Assembly (NCBI GenBank): GCA_964016885.1
Contig: OZ024741.1
Coordinates: 26,040,001 to 26,104,000 of the forward strand
Length of the DNA: 64,000 bases
Reading direction: 5' to 3'
Origin: Eledone cirrhosa
Lineage: Eukaryota
In this document: positions 1 to 15,941 of the stretch, in pieces
How positions within the stretch are numbered: the first letter of the stretch is position 1
Layout: each line of letters begins with the position of its first letter
Program-made: the position numbers and the translations under genes
Notes under the pieces: generated by a model
What the model was told of the DNA's origin: nothing
Seen by the model: the letters and a program-made list of their open reading frames with translations, nothing else
The model's database searches: none

Positions 1-3000
1 GCTACACCAACATATCTAATGTGACCACACCAACATATCTAATGTGACTACACCAGCATATCTAATGTGGCCACACCAACATATCTAATGTGGCCACACC
101 AACATATCTAATGTGACCACTCCAACATATCTAATGTGACTACACCAGCATATCTAATGTGGCCACACCAACATATCTAATGTGACTACACCAACATATC
201 TAATGTGGCCACACCAACATATCTAATGTGGCTACACCAACATATCTAATGTGACCACACCAACATATCTAATGTGGCCACACCAACATATCTAATGTGA
301 CTACACCACCATATCTAATGTGACTACACCAACATATCTAATGTGGCCACACCAACATATCTAATGTGACCACACCAACATATCTAATGTGACCACAGCA
401 ACATATCTAATGTGACTACACCAACATATCTAATGTGGCCACACCAACATATCTAATGTGACCACACCAACATATCTAATGTGACCACAGCAACATATCT
501 AATGTGACTACACCAATATATCTAATGTGACTACACCAATATATCTAATGTGACTACACCACCATATCTAATGTGACCACTCCAACATATCTAATGTGAC
601 TACACCAGCATATCTAATGTGGCCACACCAACATATCTAATGTGACCACACCACCACATCTAATGTGGCCACACCAACATATCTAATGTGGCTACACCAA
701 CATATCTAATGTGACCACACCAACATATCTAATGTGACCACACCACCACATCTAATGTGGCCACACCAACATATCTAATGTGACTACACCACCATATCTA
801 ATGTGGCCACACCAACATATCTAATGTGACCACACCACCACATCTAATGTGGCCACACCAACATATCTAATGTGACTACACCACCATATCTAATGTGACC
901 ACTCCAACATATCTAATGTGACTACACCAACATATCTAATGTGGCCACACCAACATATCTAATGTGACCACACCAACATATCTAATGTGGCCCCACCAAC
1001 ATATCTAATGTGACTACACCAACATATCTAATGTGGCCACACCAACATATCTAATGTGACCACACCAACATATCTAATGTGACCACACCAACATATCTAA
1101 TGTGGCTACACCAACATATCTAATGTGACCACACCAACATATCTAACGTGGCCACACCAACATATCTAATGTGACCCCACCAACATATCTAATGTGGCCC
1201 CACCAACATATCTAATGTGGCCACACCAACATATCTAATGTGACCACACCAACATATCTAATGTGGCCACACCAACATATCTAATGTGACTACACCACCA
1301 TATCTAATGTGACTACACCAACATATCTAATGTGGCCACACCAACATATCTAATGTGACCACACCAACATATCTAATGTGGCCACACCAACATATCTAAT
1401 GTGACTACACCAACATATCTAATGTGGCCACACCAACATATCTAATGTGACCACACCAACATATCTAATGTGACCACACCACCACATCTAATGTGGCCAC
1501 ACCAACATATCTAATGTGACCACACCAACATATCTAATGTGGCCCCACCAACATATCTAATGTGACTACACCAACATATCTAATGTGGCCACACCAACAT
1601 ATCTAATGTGACCACACCAACATATCTAATGTGACCACACCAACATATCTAATGTGGCTACACCAACATATCTAATGTGACCACACCAACATATCTAATG
1701 TGGCCACACCAACATATCTAATGTGACTACACCAACATATCTAATGTGACTACACCAACATATCTAATGTGACCACACCAACATATCTAATGTGGCTACA
1801 CCAACATATCTAATGTGACCACACCAACATATCTAATGTGGCCACACCAACATATCTAATGTGACCACACCAACATATCTAATGTGACCACACCAACATA
1901 CCTAATGTGACCACACCAACATATCTAATGTGGCTACACCAACATATCTAATGTGGCTACACCAACATATCTAATGTGACTACACCAACATATCTAATGT
2001 GACCACACCAACATATCTAATGTGGCCACACCAACATATCTAATGTGGCTACACCAACATATCTAATGTGGCTACACCAACATATCTAATGTGACCACAC
2101 CAACATATCTAATGTGGCCACACCAACATATCTAATGTGACTACACCAACATATCTAATGTGACTACACCAACATATCTAATGTGACCACACCAACATAT
2201 CTAATGTGGCCACACCAACATATCTAATGTGGCTACACCAACATATCTAATGTGGCTACACCAACATATCTAATGTGACCACACCAACATATCTAATGTG
2301 ACCACACCAACATATCTAATGTGGCCACACCAACATATCTAATGTGACCACACCACCATATCTAATGTGACTACACCAGCATATCTAATGTGGCCACACC
2401 AACATACCTAATGTGGCCACACCAACATATCTAATGTGGCCACACCAACATATCTAATGTGACTACACCAACATATCTAATGTGGCCACACCAACATATC
2501 TAATGTGACCACACCAACATATCTAATGTGGCTACACCAACATATCTAATGTGGCTACACCAACATATCTAATGTGGCCACACCAACATATCTAATGTGA
2601 CCACACCAACATATCTAATGTGACTACACCAACATATCTAATGTGGCCACACCAACATATCTAATGTGACTACACCAATATATCTAATGTGGCCACACCA
2701 ACATATCTAATTTGACCACAGCAACATATCTAATGTGACCACACCAACATATCTAATGTGGCCCCACCAACATATCTAATGTGACCACACCAACATATCT
2801 AATGTGACCACACCAACATATCTAATGTGGCTACACCAACATATCTAATGTGGCCACACCAACATATCTAATGTGACTAAACCAACATATCTAATGTGGC
2901 CACATCAACATATCTAATGTGACCACACCAACATATCTCATGTGGCCACACCAACATATCTAATGTGGCCACACCAACATATCTAATGTGACTACACCAA

Positions 3001-6000
3001 CATATCTAATGTGACTACACCAACATATCTAATGTGACTACACCAACATATCTAATGTGGCCACACCAACATATCTAATGTGACTACACCAACATTTCTA
3101 ATGTGGCCACACCAACATATCTAATGTGGCCCCACCAACATATCTAATTTAACTACACCAACATATCTAATGTGGCTACACCAACATATCTAATGTGGCC
3201 ACACCAACATATCTAATGTGGCCACAGCAACATATCTAATGTGACCACACCAACATATCTCATGTAACTACACCAACATATCTAATGTGGCCCCACCAAC
3301 ATATCTAATTTGACTACACCAACATATCTAATGTGGCTACACCAACATATCTAATGTGGCCACACCAACATATCTAATGTGACCACACCAACATATCTAA
3401 TGTGACCACACCAACATATCTAATGTGGCCACACCAACATATCTAATGTGACCACAGCAACATATCTAATGTGGCCACACCAACATATCTAATGTGGCCA
3501 CACCAACATATCTAATGTGACCACACCAACATATCTAATGTGGCCACACCAACATATCTAATGTGGCCACACCAACATATCTAATGTGGCCTCACCAACA
3601 TATCTGATGTTGCCACACCAACATATCTAATGTGACCACACCACCATATCTAATGTGACTACACCAACATATCTAATGTGGTCACACCAACATACCTAAT
3701 GTGGCCACACCAACATATCTAATGTGACTACACCACCATATCTAATGTGACTACACCAACATATCTAATGTGGCCACACCAACATATCTAATGTGACCAC
3801 ACCAACATATCTAATGTGGCCACACCAACATATCTAATGTGGTCACACCAACATATCTAATGTGACCACACCACCATATCTAATGTGGCCACACCAACAT
3901 ACCTAATGTGACCACACCACCATATCTAATGTGACTACACCAACATATCTAATGTGACCACACCAACATATCTAATGTGGCCACACCAACATACCTAATG
4001 TGACCACACCACCATATCTAATGTGACTACACCAACATATCTAATGTGACCACACCAACATATCTAATGTGGCCACACCAACATATCTAATGTGACCACA
4101 CCAACATATCTAATGTGACCACACCAACATATCTAATGTGACCACACCAACATATCTAATGTGGCTACACCAACATATCTAATGTGGCTACACCAACATA
4201 TCTAATGTGACTACACCAACATATCTAATGTGACCACACCAACATATCTAATGTGGCCACACCAACATATCTAATGTGGCTACACCAACATATCTAATGT
4301 GGCTACACCACCATATCTAATGTGACCACACCAACATATCTAATGTGGCCACACCAACATATCTAATGTGACTACACCAACATATCTAATGTGACTACAC
4401 CAACATATCTAATGTGACCACACCAACATATCTAATGTGGCTACACCAACATATCTAATGTGACCACACCAACATATCTAATGTGGCCACACCAACATAT
4501 CTAATGTGACCACACCAACATATCTAATGTGACCACACCAACATATCTAATGTGACCACACCAACATATCTAATGTGGCTACACCAACATATCTAATGTG
4601 GCTACACCAACATATCTAATGTGACTACACCAACATATCTAATGTGACCACACCAACATATCTAATGTGGCCACACCAACATATCTAATGTGGCTACACC
4701 AACATATCTAATGTGGCTACACCAACATATCTAATGTGACCACACCAACATATCTAATGTGGCCACACCAACATATCTAATGTGACTACACCAACATATC
4801 TAATGTGACTACACCAACATATCTAATGTGACCACACCAACATATCTAATGTGGCCACACCAACATATCTAATGTGGCTACACCAACATATCTAATGTGG
4901 CTACACCAACATATCTAATGTGACCACACCAACATATCTAATGTGACCACACCAACATATCTAATGTGGCCACACCAACATATCTAATGTGACTACACCA
5001 ACATATCTAATGTGACTACACCAACATATCTAATGTGACTACACCAACATATCTAATGTGGTCACACCAACATACCTAATGTGGCCACACCAACATATCT
5101 AATGTGACTACACCAATATATCTAATGTGACTACACCAACATATCTAATTTGACCACACCAACATATCTAATGTGACTACACCAACATATCTAACGTTGC
5201 CACACCAACATATCTAATGTGGCTACACCAACATATCTAATGTGACCACACCAACATATCTAATGTGACCACACCAACATATCTAATGTGGCCACACCAA
5301 CATATCTAATGTGACTACACCAACATATCTAATGTGACTACACCAACATATCTAATGTGACTACACCAACATATCTAATGTGGTCACACCAACATACCTA
5401 ATGTGGCCACACCAACATATCTAATGTGACTACACCAATATATCTAATGTGGCCACACCAACATATCTAATGTGGCCACACCAACATATCTAATGTGACC
5501 ACACCAACATATCTAATGTGGCTACACCAACATATCTAATGTGACCACACCAACATATCTAATGTGACCACACCAACATATCTAATGTGATCACACCAAC
5601 ATATCTAATGTGACCACACCAACATATCTAATGTGACCACACCAACATATCTAATGTGGCTACACCAACATATCTAATGTGGCCACACCAACATATCTAA
5701 TGTGACTACACCAACATATCTAATGTGACTACACCAACATATCTAATGTGACTACACCAACATATCTAATGTGGCCACACCAACATATCTAATGTGGCCA
5801 CACCAACATATCTAATGTGGCCACACCAACATATCTAATGTGACTACACCAACATATCTAATGTGACTACACCAACATATCTAATGTGACTACACCAACA
5901 TATCTAATGTGGCCACACCAACATATCTAATGTGACCACACCACCATATCTAATGTGGCCACACCAACATATCTAATGTGACTACACCAACATATCTAAT

Positions 6001-9000
6001 GTGACTACACCAACATATCTCATGTGGCCACACCAACATATCTAATGTGACCACACCAACATATCTAATGTGACCACACCAACATATCTAATGTGACCAC
6101 ACCAACATATCTAATGTGGCTACACCACCATAGCTAATGTGGCTACACCACCATATCTAATGTGGCCACACCACCATATCTAATGTGGCCACACCAACAT
6201 ATCTAATGTGGCCACACCACCACATCTAATGTGGCCACACCAACATATCTAATGTGACCACACCAACATATCTAATGTGGCCACACCAACATATCTAATG
6301 TGGCCACACCACCACATCTAATGTGGCCACACCAACATATCTAATGTGACCACACCAACATATCTAATGTGACCACACCAACATATCTAATGTGACCACA
6401 CCAACATTTCTAATGTGACCACACCAACATATCTAATGTGACCACACCAACATATCTAATGTGACCACACCAACATATCTAATGTGACCACAGCAACATG
6501 TCTAATGTGACCACACTAACATATCTAATGTGGCCACACCAACATATCTAATGTGACCACAGCAACATATCTAATGTGGCCACACCAACATATCTAATGT
6601 GGCCACACCAACATATCTAATGTGGCCACACCAACATATCTAATGTGACCACACCAACATATCTAATGTGGCCACACCAACATATCTAATGTGGCCACAC
6701 CAACATATCTAATGTGGCCTCACCAACATATCTAATGTTGCCACACCAACATATCTAATGTGACCACACCACCATATCTAATGTGACTACACCAACATAT
6801 CTAATGTGGTCACACCAACATACCTAATGTGGCCACACCAACATATCTAATGTGACTAGACCACCATATCTAATGTGACTACACCAACATATCTAATGTG
6901 GACACACCAACATATCTAATGTGGCCACACCAACATATCTAATGTGGTCACACCAACATATCTAATGTGACCACACCACCATATCTAATGTGGCCACACC
7001 AACATACCTAATGTGGCCACACCAACATATCTAATGTGGCCCCACCAACATATCTAATGTGACTACACCAACATATCTAATGTGGCCACACCAACATATC
7101 TAATGTGACTACACCAATATATCTAATGTGGCCACACCAACATATCTAATTTGACCACACCAACATATCTAATGTGACCACACCAACATATCTAATGTGA
7201 CCACACCAACATATCTAATGTGGCCACACCAACATATCTAATGTGGCCACACCAACATATCTAATGTGACCACACCAACATATCTAATGTGGCCACACCA
7301 ACATATCTAATGTGGCCACACCAACATATCTAATGTGGCCACACCAACATATCTAATGTGACTAAACCAACATATCTAATGTGGCCACACCAACATATCT
7401 AATGTGACTAAACCAACATATCTAATGTGACTAAACCAACATATCTAATGTGACCACACCAACATATCTAATGTGGCCACACCAACATATCTAATGTGAC
7501 CACACCAACATATCTAATGTGGCCACACCAACATATCTAATGTGGCCACACCAACATATCTAATGTGACCACAGCAACATATCTCATGTGGCCACACCAA
7601 CATATCTAACGTGACCACACCAACATATCTAATGTGGCCACACCAACATATCTAATGTGACCACACCAACATATCTAATGTGGCCACACCAACATATCTA
7701 ATGTGACCACAGCAACATATCTCATGTGGCCACACCAACATATCTAACGTGACCACACCAACATATCTAATGTGGCCACACCAACATATCTAATGTGGCC
7801 ACACCAACATATCTAATGTGACCACACCACCATATCTAATGTGACTACACCAACATATCTAATGTGGCCACACCAACATATCTAATGTGACTACACCAAC
7901 ATATCTAATGTGGCCACACCAACATATCTAATGTGGCCACACCAACATATCTAATGTGACCACACCAACATATCTAATGTGACCACACCAACATATCTAA
8001 TGTGGCTACACCACCATAGCTAATGTGGCTACACCACCATATCTAATGTGGCTACACCACCATATCTAATGTGGCCACACCAACATATCTAATGTGGCCA
8101 CACCACCACATCTAATGTGGCCACACCCACATATCTAATGTGACCACACCAACATATCTAATGTGACCACACCAACATATCTAATGTGACCACACCAACA
8201 TATCTAATGTGACTACACCAACATATCTAATGTGGCCACACCAACATATCTAATGTGACCACACCAACATATCTGATGTGACCACACCAACATATCTAAT
8301 GTGGCTACACCAACATATCTAATGTGGCCACACCAACATATCTAATGTGACTAAACCAACATATCTAATGTGGCCACACCAACATATCTAATGTGACCAC
8401 ACCAACATATCTAATGTGGCCACACCAACATATCTAATGTGACTACACCAACATATCTAATGTGACTACACCAACATATCTAATGTGACTACACCAACAT
8501 ATCTAATGTGGCCACACCAACATATCTAATGTGGCCACACCAACATATCTAATGTGGCCACACCAACATATCTAATGTGGCCACACCAACATATCTAATG
8601 TGACCACACCACCATATCTAATGTGACTACACCAACATATCTAATGTGGCCACACCAACATATCTAATGTGACTACACCAACATATCTAATGTGACCACA
8701 CCAACATATCTAATGTGACCAGACCAACATATCTAATGTGGCTACACCACCATAGCTAATGTGGCTACACCACCATATCTAATGTGGCCACACCACCATA
8801 TCTAATGTGGCCACACCAACATATCTAATGTGGCCACACCACCACATCTAATGTGGCCACACCAACATATCTAATGTGACCACACCAACATATCTAATGT
8901 GGCCACACCAACATATCTAATGTGGCCACACCACCACATCTAATGTGGCCACACCAACATATCTAATGTGACCACACCAACATATCTAATGTGACCACAC

Positions 9001-12000
9001 CAACATATCTAATGTGACCACACCAACATTTCTAATGTGACCACACCAACATATCTAATGTGACCACACCAACATATCTAATGTGACCACACCAACATAT
9101 CTAATGTGACCACAGCAACATGTCTAATGTGACCACACTAACATATCTAATGTGGCCACACCAACATATCTAATGTGACCACAGCAACATATCTAATGTG
9201 GCCACACCAACATATCTAATGTGACTACACCAACATATCTAATGTGGCCACACCAACATATCTAATGTGACCCCACCAACATATCTAATGTGACTACACC
9301 AACATATCTAATGTGACCACACCACCATATCTAATGTGGCCCCACCAACATATCTAATTTGACTACACCAACATATCTAATGTGGCTACACCAACATATC
9401 TAATGTGGCCACACCAACATATCTAATGTGACTACACCACCATATCTAATGTGACTACACCAACATATCTAATGTGGCCACACCAACATATCTAATGTGA
9501 CCACACCAACATATCTAATGTGACTACACCAACATATCTAATGTTGCCACACCAACATATCTAATGTGACTACACCAATATATCTAATGTGGCTACACCA
9601 ATATATCTAATGTGGCCACACCAACATATCTAATGTGACCACACCAACATATCTAATGTGACCACACCAACATATCTAATGTGGCCACACCAACATATCT
9701 AATGTGACCACACCAACATATCTAATGTGACCACACCAACATATCTAATGTGGCTACACCAACATATCTAATGTGGCTACACCAATATATCTAATGTGGC
9801 CACACCAACATATCTAATGTGACTAAACCAACATATCTAATGTGGCCACACCAACATATCCAATGTGACCACACCAACATATCTCATGTGGCCACACCAA
9901 CATATCTAATGTGGCCACACCAACATATCTAATGTGACCACACCAACATATCTAATGTGACCACACCAACATATCTAATGTGACCACACCAACATATCTA
10001 ATGTGACCACACCAACATATCTAATGTGACTACACCAACATATCTAATGTGACCACAGCAACATATCTAATGTGACCACAACAACATATCTAATGTGACC
10101 ACACTAACATATCTAATGTGACCACACCAACATATCTAATGTGACTACACCAATATATCTAATGTGGCCACACCAACATATCTAATGTGGCCACACCAAC
10201 ATATCTAATGTGACCAAAGCAACATATCTAATGTGACCACTCCAACATATCTAATGTGACTACACCAACATATCTAATGTGGCCACACCAACATATCTAA
10301 TGTGACCACACCAACATATCTAATGTGGCCACACCAACATATCTAATGTGGCCACACCAACATATCTAATGTGGCCACACCAACATATCTAATGTGGCCA
10401 CACCAACATATCTAATGTGACCACACCACCATATCTAATGTGACTACACCAACATATCTAATGTGACCACACCAACATATCTAATGTGGCCACACCAACA
10501 TACCTAATGTGGCCACACCAACATATCTAATGTGACTACACCACCATATCTAATGTGACTACACCAACATATCTAATGTGACCACACCAACATATCTAAT
10601 GTGGCCACACCAACATACCTAATGTGGCCACACCAACATATCTAATGTGACTACACCACCATATCTAATGTGACTACACCAACATATCTAACGTTGCCAC
10701 ACCAACATATCTAATGTGACCACACCAACATATCTAATGTGACTACACCAATATATCTAATGTGGCCCCACCAACAGATCTAACGTGACTACACCAACAT
10801 ATCTAATGTGGCCACACCAACATATCTAATGTGACCACACCACCATATCTAATGTGACCACACCACCATATCTAATGTGACCAGGCCAACATATCTAATG
10901 TGGCCCCACCCACATATCTAATGTGACTACACCAACATATCTAATGTGGTTACACCAACATATCTAATGTGGCCACACCAACATATCTAATGTGACCACA
11001 CCAACATATCTAATGTGACTACACCACCATATCTAATGTGACTACACCAACATATCTAATGTGGCCACACCAACATATCTAATGTGACCACACCACCATA
11101 TCTAATGTGACCACACCAACATATCTAATGTGGCCACACCAACATATCTAATGTGGCCACACCAACATATCTAATGTGACCACACCAACATATCTAATGT
11201 GACCACACCAACATATCTAATGTGACTACACCAATATATCTAATGTGACCACACCAACATATCTAATGTGACCACACCAACATATCTAATGTGACTACAC
11301 CAATATATCTAATGTGGCCCCACCAACATATCTAATGTGGCCACACCAATATATCTAATGTGACCACACCAACATATCTAATGTGACCACACCAACATAT
11401 CTAATGTGGCCACACCAACATATCTAATGTGGCCACACCAACATATCTAATGTGACCACACCACCATATCTAATGTGGCTACACCAACATATCTAATGTG
11501 ACCACACCAACATATCTAATGTGGCTACACCAACATATCTAATGTGACCACACCAACATATCTAATGTGACCACACCAACATATCTAATGTGGCCACACC
11601 AACATATCTAATGTGGCCACACCAACATATCTAATGTGACTACACCAACATATCTAATGTGGCCACACCAACATATCTAATGTGACTACACCAACATATC
11701 TAATGTGACCACACCACCATATCTAATGTGGCTACACCAACATATCTAATGTGACCACACCAACATATCTAATGTGACTACACCAACATATCTAATGTGA
11801 CCACACCAACATATCTAATGTGACTACACCAACATATCTAATGTGGCCACACCAACATATCTAATGTGACTACACCAGCATATCTAATGTGGCCACACCA
11901 ACATATCTAATGTAACTACGCCAACATATCTAATGTGACTACACCAACATATCTAATGTGACTACACCAACATATCTAATGTGGCCACACCAACATATCT

Positions 12001-12375
12001 AATGTGGCCACACCACCATATCTAATGTGGCCACACCAACATATCTAATGTCGCCTCGCCAATATATCTAATGTCGCCTCGCCAACATATCTAATGTGAC
12101 CACACCAACATATCTAATGTGACCACACCAACATATCTAATGTGACCACACCAACATATCTAATGTGACCACACCAACATATCTAATGTGACCACACCAA
12201 CATATCTAATGTGGCCACACCAACATATCTAATGTGGCCACACCAACATATCTAATGTGGCCACACCAACATATCTAATGTCGCCTCGCCAACATATATA
12301 ATGTGACCACACCAACATATCTAATGTGGCCACACCAACATATCTAACGTCGCCTCGCCAACATATATAATGTGA
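1..12375. repeat. 23-bp minisatellite array (ACACCAACATATCTAATGTG-R-C-Y), ~538 copies in window, extends past window start; intronic
   Basis: ACACCAACAT recurs at 4, 27, 50...; the register holds at 691 (30x23). Main variants are GCC/ACC/ACT/GCT; the last units diverge (TCGCCTCGCC). Confidence 0.98.
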
Positions 12376-12490
12376 CAAGACATGGGTCACCCCAAGGTTG
12401 TGATAAATGTCATTTACCCAAGATGTCACACAGTGGGATTGAACCCTGGATTTAATGGTTGTGAAATTGACCTATTAACCATGTAGCCCT
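12376..12490 (-). mobile_element. degenerate tRNA-derived SINE 5' portion
   Basis: GGGATTGAACCC is a reverse-complement B box; TAACCATGTAGCC is a reverse-complement A-box-like motif at tRNA-like spacing. Confidence 0.55.
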
Positions 12491-12866
12491 AGACTACAGT
12501 TAACCATGTAGCTTTACACTACAGTTAACCATGTAGCCCTACACTCCAGTTAACCATGTGATCCTCCACTCCAATTAACCATGTAGCCCTCCACTCCAGT
12601 TAATCATATAGCCCTACACTGCAGTTAACCATGTGGCACCTCACTTCAATTAACCATGTCATCCTCCACTTCAGTTAACCATGTAGCCCTACACTACAGT
12701 TAACCATGTAGTCCTCCATTACAGTTAACCATGTAGCCCTATATGACAGTTAACCATGTAACCCTAGACTACAGTTAACCATGTGGCCCTCCACTACAGT
12801 TAACCATGTGGCCCTACACTACAATAAACCATGTGTTCCTCCACTACAGTTAACCATGTAGCCCTA
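12476..12866. repeat. 25-bp tandem repeat (TAACCATGTAGCCCTACACTACAGT), ~15 copies
   Basis: TAACCATGT at 12476, 12501, 12526... Confidence 0.93.
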
Positions 12867-12972
12867 CTTAGTCTCACTCTCCCCTATCACAACTATTTAT
12901 CTTTGTTATACACCTAAACTGTTAAACCATTTGTCACTACCATCAACCATTTCCTTTCTGTTGTCTTTACAG

Positions 12973-13060
12973 TGGTTTGACCCCTGCCCAATCAGAGCTG
13001 GCTTACCTCATCAAGGCAAAATGGCTAGAATTGTATGGTGTTGACATGCACGTCGTCATT
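12973..13060 (+). CDS. EPB41L5: Yurt/EPB41L5-like FERM protein, exon (end of FERM-M): [29 protein letters not shown]
   Basis: tttacAG acceptor, GTAAGT donor; band-4.1 motif AKWLE-YGVDMH; phase 2 to 0. Confidence 0.95.
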
Positions 13061-14288
13061 GTAAGTTAATCTTTACCTTTTATTCCTCTGGGAAAGAAAA
13101 TAGGGCTTTCAACGTTTACTTCTAACGCTGTGTGTGAACAGAAGCAGTGAGCGATGGGGTAAGATGGAGTGAAGTTGTTATTGCTTTGAATCAGGTAAAA
13201 CCTCGCCAAGCAAACTTATGTCCAAAGATGTTCCAGCCATGACCACCCTGTCTTTTTCTACCTCATGGAACATTGTACATTTCAATGTATGTTTTTTGCT
13301 TAAAATGATAAGGTGCTATTTAAGGGAGATTTAGCTGCTAATAAAAAAATAGACCAGGACCAGGCAATGTGTTATGTCCTTGAGCAAGACACTTTATTTC
13401 ACGTTGCTCCTTCTACCTGGAGTTGCGACCGATAGATAGTATTAGCAATTGGAAAGACCAACGGAAACATTGTTCCCTCGGTCCGATTTGACGAAAGTCG
13501 ATCGTTCCTTTTTTTTAGCTGCTAATTCTAGTGAATATTACTACTGTATGGAGACACCCTCATTGCCTTGTCACTTTATTAACAGTAATTATCTGGGGGT
13601 TAGTTTGGAATATTAACCTTTTTGATATCAACCCAACCCATCCACTTCTGGTTTTGTAAAACAAAATCACCCATTTTAAAATATTCTTATTTAAATTCAA
13701 ATCTTTCAACATAATTTTATATAAGAAACTTTTGTTAAATTATGTTATTAATATTATCATAATAATAACGTGTAACAAAAGAACTTTGAGAAATGATATT
13801 TATATTTATATTTTTAACTGTTGGTCAATTGATAAACATTGATTGACAACTAAATTATTTATGGAAATATAAAAAAATATACTGAAGCGAAAACCAACCC
13901 AAATAGTGAGTGTGTTTTACTATGTTTTGGCAATATTAGGACAACATGGCCTTCCTCAAATATAACGATAATTTTAGTAATCTCTTTGAATTCTTCATTA
14001 ATTAAATTCCCTGCCATGTGTATCTCAGTGTTTTAAGATAGGTACACTGTATCCCTGCATGTTGCAAGAGGAGACTAAAAGGGTTAGCATCAGGAAGAGC
14101 ATCAGACTCTAAGATATTGCCTCAAAACATCACATCCAACCCATGCCAACATGAAAAAGGGGATATAAAGATGATGATGATGATGTGTATTTCATTAGAA
14201 ATATGTTAACGAAGATGTTGAACTATAATATTAACACCAGTGTTTCTAACATTTACTAAATATATCTTTTCTGTTCTCTCTGTTTCAG

Positions 14289-14377
14289 GGACGTGATGGA
14301 GACTTCTATCATCTTGGATTAACACCAAGTGGAATTCTTGTGTTTGAGAATGATGACAAAATTGGATTGTTCTTCTG
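14289..14377 (+). CDS. EPB41L5: Yurt/EPB41L5-like exon (FERM-C): [29 protein letters not shown](W)
   Basis: tttcAG / GTCAGT; LGLTPxGILVFE..KIGLFFW is characteristic of EPB41L5/4B/Yurt; phase 0 to 2. Confidence 0.95.
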
Positions 14378-14404
14378 GTCAGTTTTACTTATATATGTGA
14401 ACAC

Positions 14405-14835
14405 ATGTGGCTTAGTGGTTAGGATGTTGGACTGACAACTGTAAAGTTGTAAGTTCAGTTCCTTGAATGACCAACATGTATTCTTCAGAAAGATGCTTAA
14501 CCCTTTAGCATTTAAAATGGCCATGTCCGGCCAGAATTCTCTCACTTCTTTCTGTTTAAACCAGCCATAACTGACCACCCATACTGATGTTAAGGTATTG
14601 TTCTCAAAATAAATAACATCAAAATCTCGTAGATTCGATATTATGTGAGATAATTATGTAAGGAAAAGCCTTTACCATGAAAATATAATAGTATATATAG
14701 AGTAATGTAAATGCTGAAGGGTTAATTTCACATTGCTTTTTAAGATATGAATGGGGACCCCTATCATTAAAACACTTGAGAAACCTCTTATGAGATACAA
14801 CTTCATAGAAGGCTAACTAAACCTGCATAGGTGTA
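14405..14835 (+). mobile_element. degenerate tRNA-SINE interrupted by a TTAA MITE
   Basis: TGGCTTAGTGGTTAG A box, GTAAGTTCAGTTCC B-box-like; TTTCACATTGCT core resumes after the MITE. Confidence 0.55.
14497..14725. mobile_element. piggyBac-type MITE (TTAA-CCCTTTAGCATTTA...TAAATGCTGAAGGG-TTAA)
   Basis: TTAA target duplication, CCC/GGG termini, ~14-bp TIR; five related copies in window. Confidence 0.85.
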
Positions 14836-15300
14836 AACCATAAATTTCATTTTGTATCATGGTTAACATCCATTCTCTATCATTTGTGTTGGATATATCT
14901 TAAGCACCGTGCCTGCGCTATGTACTCAGCACACAAGGCGACCACTTATTGTGTCCTACAGACGACACCACATTGGTTTCTAGCTCTGTTTAGCTAGAAG
15001 GACATCAAGCTGTGGGAGAAATGTAAATGCATCATAAGGCTGGCGTAAAATGCTGAATACCTTGGCATCGACCTTGCTTAAGTACTATTCATCATTACTA
15101 TCATTTAACTGTTTTCCCTGACCTCTCAGGTGGGCCAGGAGTTTGCATCTTGTTTGTATAATGTTCCTACACTTTACCAAGTTCATTTTATCATGGCACC
15201 AGTACGAGGGAGGTTGTCATGTCTTTGACACAGCTGAAGAATCCTCCTGACCCTTTGTTTCGCAGGTTTACTATAGCTGGATGCCCTCCATATCATATAG

Positions 15301-15645
15301 CGTGAGTGGTCCTGTAACTCCTAAGGGAGTCGTAGGGGTGCCATATAAACATAGTGTTTCTAGGGCTCTTTTTAAACCTGGCGGAGCCCATCTCCTCTCC
15401 AGGTTTGAATACAGCAGATGTCTTCCAGAGAAGGATAGAGAGAGAGAGAGAGAGAAAATGGAAGTAAAAAAGAGATATAGAGGAAGATTGACCCCAGTAT
15501 TTGACTGGTACTTTTTTTATTGACCTCAGATGGATGAAAGGCAAAGTTGACCTTGGCAGGATTTGAACTCAGAGAGTAGAAAGCTGAAACAAATACTAGG
15601 AAGCATTCTATCTGACGTTCTAACAACTCTGCCAATTCACCGCCT
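15301..15645 (-). mobile_element. SINE (family 2) with extended 3' part, flanked by ~16-bp direct repeat CCTCC(A/C)TATCATATAG
   Basis: Shares GGATGAAAGGCAAAGTT..GGATTTGAACTCAGA with other copies; putative TSD at ~15285 and ~15643. Confidence 0.65.
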
Positions 15646-15660
15646 CCCTATCATATAGAT

Positions 15661-15792
15661 TAGGGTTTCCCAAACTTTTTCAAACGTGGAACCCTTTTTG
15701 GGTCAGAAACTTTTGGGGGAACCCCAAAGTCTAATACTGTTATCAGGGGACCCCCAGACACTCCTTTGTGGAACCTACTTTGGGAACCACTA
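15661..15792. mobile_element. hAT-Charlie-type MITE
   Basis: TIRs TAGGGTTTCCCAAA / TTTGGGAACCACTA; perfect 8-bp TSD ATATAGAT at 15653-15660 and 15793-15800. Confidence 0.85.
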
Positions 15793-15871
15793 ATATAGAT
15801 TAATGCAGTATCTGACAGTGTTTTCCTATTAAAAACTCTGTAATTCCTGTCTAACTATGTATATTTTGTAG

Positions 15872-15941
15872 GCCAAAGATTACATCACTGAATTTTAAGA
15901 ATAAGAAATTAATTCTTGTTGTTGTGGAAGATGATGACAAG
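15872..15941 (+). CDS. EPB41L5: Yurt/EPB41L5-like exon (FERM-C): (W)PKITSLNFKNKKLILVVVEDDDK
   Basis: tttgtAG / GTAAGC; completes the TG|G Trp codon; LVVVEDDD motif; phase 2 to 0. Confidence 0.95.

Noticed and set aside
1-12375. CRISPR array or telomeric repeat
   Set aside because: Head-to-tail units with no unique spacers, no cas genes, a eukaryotic intron context and no TTAGGG-type unit.
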